DNA from: an uncultured Christensenellaceae bacterium | Lineage (GTDB): Bacteria > Bacillota > Clostridia > Christensenellales > CAG-1252 | Direction: 5' to 3' | NCBI GenBank assembly: GCA_964408255.1 | Contig: CAYOYS010000013.1 | Location: 1-19,638, forward strand | Length of the DNA stretch: 19,638 bases | Part shown: positions 14,310 through 19,638 of the stretch, one piece after another | How the letters are laid out: each line of letters begins with the position of its first letter | Position numbering within the stretch: position 1 is the stretch's first letter | Position numbers and translations under genes: made by a program | The notes under the pieces: generated by a model | Database searches by the model: none | Told to the model about the DNA's origin: nothing | Seen by the model: only the letters and a program-made list of their open reading frames with translations

Positions 14310-16010
14310 ATGAAAAACGACAATAAAGTTTTAATTTTATCAAGTATAGTCGTAATAATCGCCATTATTGTTTTGGCGATAGGGTGTGATATTATTTCAT
14401 CCGGCGCGAATATGAGCGAAGTAACGCTTACCGGGGCAAGACTGACATGGGATGCGGTTGACGGCGTCGACGAATATTATGTCAATGTCATGTTCAGCGA
14501 AGTAAGCGGCTACGAAATTCCCGTTCGGGATACCAAATACCTTATAAGCCATGCCGCTCCGGGTGATTATTATTATAAGGTCAGAGCAAGGGTCAACGGG
14601 CAATTCACCAATTATTCCAAGACGATGACATATCATCTTGGTGACGGAAGCTTAGAGAATCCGATAACCGTCGGAAGTATTGAGGAACTGCAAAAGATTA
14701 CTACGGGACTCCGCACAATCATAGACGATGACGGCGACACAGTCTCTGTTCAATCGTATTATGTTCAGACCAATGATATAGACCTCGAGGGCAAAGAATG
14801 GACGCCGATAGGCAAGGGGGGTCAGCCGTTCAAGGGAGTTTTTGACGGTGGCGGCTACAATATAACCGGATTAAAGATAACTACGCTGCCAAGCTCGACT
14901 TCTAATGTCGCGGCGGGTTTTTTCGGCTTAGTGCAGGATGCCGTTATCAAGAACGTCAACATTATAGAGCCTAATATCAAAATTACCTATGCGGTTAGCC
15001 AATTTTCGGTAGGCGCTTTAATCGGGCGCTCAACGGCGAGTGCGGTCAAGAACTGCAGCGTTAATGGGAAACTTGTAATCAACGCGCCTACTGCAGGCGA
15101 AAGCATACTCTATGCGGGGCTCGTGATAGGTGAAAGCAGCGGTACGGGAATGAGTAATTTGACCGCGAGAGGTAGCCTTAAGGCGACCTATTCGCGGGTT
15201 TACGCGGGCGGGATTGTAGGCATTACCAAGACAAGCTCCTCCGACATCATCAACAACTGCCTATCATATGCGGATATAACAAGCCACGGTACGGGACGCA
15301 CCTCGTCCAAGGTGATAGCGACCTCTTACGCGGGCGGAATCGCGGGCTACCTTTCGTATGCCAACAGCGTAGAGTATTGCTATTATTCGGGGACGCTTCA
15401 AGCTACCGCGATTGACGGCGCCGAAATGGAAAACATTAACAAGGGGATGTTCGCCGGCGCTCAAAACTCAAGCGGCAGATGCAATATTCTCTTAAAGCAA
15501 TGCTATTTTAATATTGATGCTCTTGGTATCGAGCACGACGAGACGGATAAGACGCCCGAAGAAATTCAAGCAATGTATGCTTCGATTGCCGAGAATTATA
15601 CGGTTGGCAACTGTAGCAAGCTAAAGACGGGAAGCTCGGCATACGGCGTCACAAACGAGGACGAGGGACTTGCCGCTACCTATGCGGGATTTGACTTCGA
15701 GAATGTCTGGACAATTGTTGAGGGCAAACCCGCGCTTTCGCCGGTAGTGCTGCCAACGGTACCGAGAATGAGTGAAGTAACGCAAAGCGGCGCTGTCATA
15801 AGTTGGGAAGCGGTTGCGGGAGCATCGGGATACTATGTTTATAATGTAGACGAAGATACCTCAACGACCGTATATAATCTAAACTATACGATTCCCCATA
15901 CGGCGCCGGGAACGTATAGATACCAAGTTTATGCTAAGACGATAGGCGAATTAACTGAGTATTCGGATATTATCGTCTATGTCATCGAGGCGAATGAGGA
16001 GGAAGGATAA
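14310..16010 (+). CDS. Cell-surface protein. N-terminal signal/anchor (possible lipobox AIGC), FN3-like domain, GLUG-motif parallel beta-helix-like repeat region, C-terminal FN3-like domain.
   Basis: N-terminus MKNDNKVLILSSIVVIIAIIVLAIGC. Matched FN3-like segments SEVTLTGARLTWDAVDGVDEYYVNV and SEVTQSGAVISWEAVAGASGYYVYNV. Repeated GLUG-like units AGFFGLV..., VGALIGRS, YAGGIVGITK and YAGGIAGYLS. Confidence 0.75.
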   Translation: MKNDNKVLILSSIVVIIAIIVLAIGCDIISSGANMSEVTLTGARLTWDAVDGVDEYYVNVMFSEVSGYEIPVRDTKYLISHAAPGDYYYKVRARVNGQFTNYSKTMTYHLGDGSLENPITVGSIEELQKITTGLRTIIDDDGDTVSVQSYYVQTNDIDLEGKEWTPIGKGGQPFKGVFDGGGYNITGLKITTLPSSTSNVAAGFFGLVQDAVIKNVNIIEPNIKITYAVSQFSVGALIGRSTASAVKNCSVNGKLVINAPTAGESILYAGLVIGESSGTGMSNLTARGSLKATYSRVYAGGIVGITKTSSSDIINNCLSYADITSHGTGRTSSKVIATSYAGGIAGYLSYANSVEYCYYSGTLQATAIDGAEMENINKGMFAGAQNSSGRCNILLKQCYFNIDALGIEHDETDKTPEEIQAMYASIAENYTVGNCSKLKTGSSAYGVTNEDEGLAATYAGFDFENVWTIVEGKPALSPVVLPTVPRMSEVTQSGAVISWEAVAGASGYYVYNVDEDTSTTVYNLNYTIPHTAPGTYRYQVYAKTIGELTEYSDIIVYVIEANEEEG

Positions 16011-16843
16011 TGAGTTATGCTGACAAAGTCTTTATTGAAAATATTAAGGATATACTCGAGAATGGGTTTTCGGACGAAAAACTTGAGGTAAGACCACGTT
16101 GGGCAACGGACGACTGTCCCGCGCACACAATTAAAAAATTCTGCATAGTCAACCGATACGACCTGCAAAAAGAATTCCCGATTACAACCTTACGACAGAC
16201 CAATTTTCGCGCGGCGGTTGACGAGCTTTTGTGGATATGGCAGAAAAAGTCCAATAATGTCAAAGATTTGAATAGTCATATTTGGGACGCGTGGGCGGAT
16301 GAAAACGGCTCTATCGGCAAAGCATACGGCTATCAGCTCGGAGTTAAGCATATTTATAAGGAAGGGGAGTTTAATCAGGTAGATAGAGTTATTTTTGACT
16401 TGTTGCATAACCCGCAGTCGCGGCGGATAATGACGAATATTTATGTTCATTGCGATTTGCACGAGATGAGGCTTTATCCTTGCGCTTACAGCATGACCTT
16501 TAATGTGTCGGGTGACACCCTTAACGGTATACTCAATCAGCGTTCGCAGGATATGCTTGTTGCGAACAATTGGAATGTAGTTCAATATTCGATACTGATG
16601 CATATGCTAGCGCAAGTCTCGGGACTCAAAGCGGGTGAGTTGGTACATGTTATCGCGGACGCGCACATCTATGACCGACACATCGAGCTTGTCAACGAGG
16701 TAATCCAAAAGGAGCCTCTTGAGGCGCCCAAGCTAATTATTGATTCTTCAATTAAAGATTTTTACGATTTTACCGTGGATAGCTTCCGTCTTGAAGGCTA
16801 CAATTATCACAAGCTGGGCAAAAAAATACCCGTTGCGGTATAA
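16010..16843 (+). CDS. thyA: Thymidylate synthase, ThyA (Bacillus subtilis ThyA-type clade).
   Basis: Start ATG at 16010 overlaps the upstream stop (TAATG), with GAGGAGGAAGGA upstream. Aligns along its length with ThyA: VRPRW, DELLWIWQ, IWDAWADENGSIGKAYGYQLG, QSRRI, nucleophile PC(A)Y, QRSQD, WNVVQYSIL, ADAHIY. Recalled B. subtilis ThyA shares these non-E.-coli variants. Confidence 0.9.
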   Translation: MSYADKVFIENIKDILENGFSDEKLEVRPRWATDDCPAHTIKKFCIVNRYDLQKEFPITTLRQTNFRAAVDELLWIWQKKSNNVKDLNSHIWDAWADENGSIGKAYGYQLGVKHIYKEGEFNQVDRVIFDLLHNPQSRRIMTNIYVHCDLHEMRLYPCAYSMTFNVSGDTLNGILNQRSQDMLVANNWNVVQYSILMHMLAQVSGLKAGELVHVIADAHIYDRHIELVNEVIQKEPLEAPKLIIDSSIKDFYDFTVDSFRLEGYNYHKLGKKIPVAV

Positions 16844-16856
16844 TTATGGAAATAAT

Positions 16857-16906
16857 GAACAAATAAATTGAATTAGAACGATATTCAGCACGAGTATTTA
16901 TTTGTT
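16857..16906. terminator. Bidirectional terminator-like hairpin between convergent thyA and the DUF421 gene: 10-bp AT-rich stem ACAAATAAAT / ATTTATTTGT with a nested TGAAT/ATTCA hairpin in the loop.
   Basis: Inverted repeats read directly from the sequence at 16857-16866 and 16897-16906. Confidence 0.5.
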
Positions 16907-16912
16907 GTTTCG

Positions 16913-17605
16913 TTAACGCTCGGGTTGGTCCTTAGGGTGGACATAAAAAATATCGTTCGTGTTGTCGTATGTCGCTAAGGCGATTGCCTTGACTTGCTCA
17001 TCGTTCTCGATGTTCAGCTTGCCGAATAGCCAATCTTTGCTCTTGTTCAAATCGTCAAGCGCAACATCTACTACCTTGCCGTCGAGAATTACTTCTGCTG
17101 AAAGTGTTGCGGGGGGCAACTTTATGTCAAGATTGTTAGCGACTACGGGCGTCGCCCCGCTTTTGGGTAGAATGCTTATTTTGCCGCTTGTTTCAAAGAT
17201 GCAATACGCTATATCGCTGATATCAAAGTAATCCTTTTCGCGGCACAGGGAAAGAAATTCGTTGATTGTCAGCTTTGTTTTTTTGATATTTTTGTACAAC
17301 AGCTTGCCGTCTTGTACTAGAATAACCGGTTTTCCGACTATAACGTTTTTCAAAAATGCGGATTTGCGCCCGATTAGGCTCATGGCGATTTCAAGCAGCG
17401 TGAAAACCGTCATCGCAATCAAAAAGTAATAAAACGGTATCTCGGTATCGAAGCTCATTTGCGCCGCAATCGAGCCTAGGGAAATACCGATAATATAATC
17501 GATAAAATCAAGTTGCGCGATTTGTTTTTTGCCCATGATTTTTGCGATTAAAAAAAGAAAAAAGAACGATATCACCGCATTTAATACTACTTTCCCTATT
17601 TCCAT
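16913..17605 (-). CDS. DUF421 (YetF-like) membrane protein.
   Basis: ATG at 17603-17605 with GGAGG six nt upstream. Two N-terminal TM helices, then the conserved DUF421 core KPVILVQDGKLLYKNIKKTKLTINEFLSLCREKDYFDISDIAYCIFETSGKISIL. Confidence 0.8.
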   Translation of the reverse strand: MEIGKVVLNAVISFFFLFLIAKIMGKKQIAQLDFIDYIIGISLGSIAAQMSFDTEIPFYYFLIAMTVFTLLEIAMSLIGRKSAFLKNVIVGKPVILVQDGKLLYKNIKKTKLTINEFLSLCREKDYFDISDIAYCIFETSGKISILPKSGATPVVANNLDIKLPPATLSAEVILDGKVVDVALDDLNKSKDWLFGKLNIENDEQVKAIALATYDNTNDIFYVHPKDQPER

Positions 17606-17704
17606 ATACAGCCTCCGTTAAATGATTATGGACAATTAAGCGGCATTTAGACAATTACCATGTATTATATTTTCGTGATAAGCGACAGCTATTAGTGTCG
17701 GAGT

Positions 17705-17831
17705 GGACAATCTCGAGTTGTTAATATTTTGAGGTCTTTTCAGCTCATATCCGTCATCGGCATTAAAACGCCTAATTCTTTCAAGAATTAGGCAAATCTA
17801 GTCTTGAAAATCCAATCAAAATATTTTATCA
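17705..17831. repeat. Copy C of modular repeat element X, with a perfect central hairpin GCCTAATTCTT-TCA-AAGAATTAGGC.
   Basis: Left arm GGACAATCTCGAGTTGTTAATATTTTGAGGTCTTTTCAGCTCATATCCGTCATCGGCA. Right arm AAATCTAGTCTTGAAAATCCAATCAAAATATTTTATCA. The left arm is about 20/25 complementary to the right arm. Confidence 0.7.
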
Positions 17832-17865
17832 TTCTCTTTTGCCATTCCTTATTAGCGCGGAGTTG

Positions 17866-17894
17866 TTGACATAAGAGCGACTCGCTTATATAAT
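17866..17894 (+). promoter_or_regulatory. Perfect consensus sigma-A promoter TTGACA-17-TATAAT. The predicted TSS is about 2-3 nt before the apgM ATG, so the mRNA would be leaderless or near-leaderless.
   Basis: Hexamers at 17866-17871 and 17889-17894. No SD before the ATG at 17904. The spacer contains the small palindrome AGCGACTCGCT. Confidence 0.6.
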
Positions 17895-17903
17895 ATATTT
17901 GAT

Positions 17904-19112
17904 ATGAAATACATGATTATACTTTGTGACGGAATGAGCGATTACCCTATCGCCGCGCTCGGGAACAAAACACCGTTAGAGGCGGCACACACGCCCGGAA
18001 TGGACGCTTTGGCGCCCTATTCTGAACTAGGTCTTGCTTTAAGTGTGCCAAAAGGCATGATGCCGGGCAGCGACACGGCGAACCTTTCGATACTCGGCTA
18101 CGACCCGTCCGTGTTTTATAGTGGACGGTCTCCGCTCGAGGCGCTTTCTATGGGAATTGAACTTGCGGACACCGATATAGCGGTAAGATGCAACCTTGTA
18201 ACATTGTCCGACGACGAGCCGTACACGGCGAAAAAGATGCTTGATTACAGCGCGGGTGAGATACCAACCGCGGATGCTCGCATATTAATTGCCGCAATCG
18301 AAGCGGAGCTTGGTGATTCGAATAGGCATTTTTACGGCGGAATTAGCTATCGGCATTGTCTTGTGAAGCACAACGCTTCACTCGGAACACAGTATACGCC
18401 GCCGCACGATATTACGGGACAGATTATATCACGACATTTGCCACGCGGCTTGTACGGTGCAGAATTCGATATGTTGCAACGGCGCTCGTACGAGATATTG
18501 AGAGCGCATCCGATTAACAAAATACGCATAGCAAGCGGCAAGCGTCCCGCCAATTCCATATGGCTTTGGGGAGAAGGGGTCAAGCCGCGCCTTACCGATT
18601 TTTATAAAAAGAACGGAGTCAAAGGCGCGATGATATCCGCGGTAGACTTGCTGAAAGGCATTGCTCGCGGCGCGAATATGGACGTTATCGAAGTAGAGGG
18701 CGCGGATGCTACTCTCAATACCAATTATAAAGGCAAAGCGTACGGCGCGTTATCCGCGCTTGAAAAAGCGGATTTTGTATACGTCCATATAGAGGCGCCC
18801 GACGAGATGGGGCATCAAGGCGAGTTGCACAATAAGATTAAGGCAATCGAGAATATTGACCGCGAGATAGTCCAAGTCGTAACGCAAGAGCTTAGGGCGC
18901 GGAAAGAGGAATTCGCTATATTGATATGCCCCGACCACGCAACGCCTTTATCTGTTAGAACGCATACATCCGACCCGATACCGTATATGCTATATAGGTC
19001 TAATAATGCAAAAAAGAGCAATACTAATTATAACGAAAAGGAATGTGCGGCAAGCGGTATATTTGTGGAGCATGGCTTCACTTTGATAGACAAACTTATA
19101 AAAGGGGAATAG
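17904..19112 (+). CDS. apgM: Cofactor-independent phosphoglycerate mutase-like metalloenzyme of the archaeal ApgM type (alkaline-phosphatase superfamily).
   Basis: N-terminus MKYMIILCDGMSDYP, which I recognise as typical of ApgM-family N-termini. About 400 aa. Metal-ligand-like HIEAPDEMGHQG and ICPDHATP segments. Confidence 0.8.
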   Translation: MKYMIILCDGMSDYPIAALGNKTPLEAAHTPGMDALAPYSELGLALSVPKGMMPGSDTANLSILGYDPSVFYSGRSPLEALSMGIELADTDIAVRCNLVTLSDDEPYTAKKMLDYSAGEIPTADARILIAAIEAELGDSNRHFYGGISYRHCLVKHNASLGTQYTPPHDITGQIISRHLPRGLYGAEFDMLQRRSYEILRAHPINKIRIASGKRPANSIWLWGEGVKPRLTDFYKKNGVKGAMISAVDLLKGIARGANMDVIEVEGADATLNTNYKGKAYGALSALEKADFVYVHIEAPDEMGHQGELHNKIKAIENIDREIVQVVTQELRARKEEFAILICPDHATPLSVRTHTSDPIPYMLYRSNNAKKSNTNYNEKECAASGIFVEHGFTLIDKLIKGE

Positions 19113-19114
19113 AT

Positions 19115-19638
19115 ATGAGCGGAAAAAAGAAAAATAAGACTTTGAAAGAGTCCAAAGAGTTAATAGGCGAAGTCTCTCAAGCGGTAGAGAGCGATGTTGT
19201 TTCGGACGAAATTCTCAAAGCAGAAGCGCATAACGAGCAATCCGAGCAGAACAACACGGAGATAGAGAGCGTTGAGGAGTCAAATAAGGCTTTAGAGGAC
19301 GAAGATTTAGCGCAAGAAGTTAAATCGGAGCAGAAAAATGCGGACAGCGTTTTGCAACCTCTCGAATCAGAAGCACCAAAGAAGCAGTCCGAACAAGACA
19401 CCCAATCGGCACAAGTCGATGAAGTTTTGGCACAAGCGGACGAAGTTTCGGAGATTATGGAAAAAGACACGATTTCCGAAACAGCTGACGAACTTATCGG
19501 CGAGGAACAGCTGATTGCGAATGAAGAACTCGTCAAAGCATCGGTAAGCGTGAGCGAAGAGCCCGAGGCGGATACTGAAGAAAAGATTGAAACACCGGGC
19601 GGCGAAGCGGTAACCGTTGATGTTCCGCTCGAGACTCT
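19115..19638 (+). CDS. Highly acidic, Glu/Ser/Gln-rich low-complexity protein that runs off the window end (3' partial). Not in the ORF track because it has no stop.
   Basis: ATG at 19115 with GGGG upstream, 2 nt after the apgM stop. Open frame to the end with no stop codon. Begins MSGKKKNKTLKESKELIGEV, then runs of E/D/Q/S. The track's 19177..19536 minus ORF is its antisense shadow. Confidence 0.55.
   Translation, partial: MSGKKKNKTLKESKELIGEVSQAVESDVVSDEILKAEAHNEQSEQNNTEIESVEESNKALEDEDLAQEVKSEQKNADSVLQPLESEAPKKQSEQDTQSAQVDEVLAQADEVSEIMEKDTISETADELIGEEQLIANEELVKASVSVSEEPEADTEEKIETPGGEAVTVDVPLET

Noticed and set aside
16010-16843. ThyA homolog being a nucleotide hydroxymethylase of a DNA-hypermodification system.
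   Set aside because: All dUMP-binding residues, the catalytic residues and Asn177 are retained. The non-canonical motifs match the B. subtilis ThyA-type thymidylate synthase as recalled. There are no adjacent modification, phage or kinase genes.
19177-19536. Minus-strand 119-aa Ser/Cys-rich ORF.
   Set aside because: It is the antisense shadow of the acidic + strand ORF that starts at 19115 with an RBS and is coupled to apgM.

Overview
This 19.6-kb window reads as chromosomal DNA from a low-GC, Firmicutes-like anaerobe. That guess rests on three things: AGGAGG-type ribosome-binding sites, a thymidylate synthase of the Bacillus subtilis ThyA type, and a Clostridia-style hcp locus. I support 19 protein-coding genes, with no rRNA or tRNA gene, CRISPR array, transposase or prophage gene. 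The gene content, start to end: (1) a membrane-anchored protein with four tandem YegP/DUF1508 repeats; (2) a nitrosative-stress locus transcribed divergently from a Crp/Fnr regulator (candidate HcpR): 4Fe-4S protein, cupin, rubredoxin, hybrid-cluster protein Hcp; (3) a translationally coupled alpha/beta-hydrolase and DUF218 pair, divergent from a ROK-like regulator; (4) a YhhN-like membrane protein, NfeD and flotillin cluster; (5) on the minus strand, a clear adenosylcobalamin riboswitch with a terminator-type expression platform, driving a small lipoprotein and an ECF-S-component-like membrane protein, which I read as a candidate two-part B12 capture and uptake module; (6) a GLUG/FN3 surface protein whose stop overlaps the thyA start; (7) a DUF421 membrane protein, a promoter-consensus near-leaderless apgM-type phosphoglycerate mutase, and a truncated acidic protein. 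The intergenic DNA is unusually rich in repeats that the genes do not explain, and these repeats fall into several families. The first is a modular 130-160 bp element present three times (5834-5978, 14036-14196, 17705-17831). It has two conserved arms that are imperfect inverted repeats, a conserved ATATCCGTCATCGGCA block, and a copy-specific central hairpin; two copies are each followed by a perfect TTGACA-17-TATAAT promoter. The second is a 64-bp tandem array (5567-5768) whose first unit is the last codons of hcp. The third is a 50-bp tandem array (8577-8880) carrying promoter-like spacing. The fourth is a 38-bp hairpin-forming tandem array (3523-3683) between the cupin and rubredoxin genes. 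These families share two sub-motifs, ATAGCGC(A/G)A and TTGTAWTATTTTGA, in different combinations. The two things I would follow up first are the riboswitch-lipoprotein-S-component module and the mosaic repeat system.
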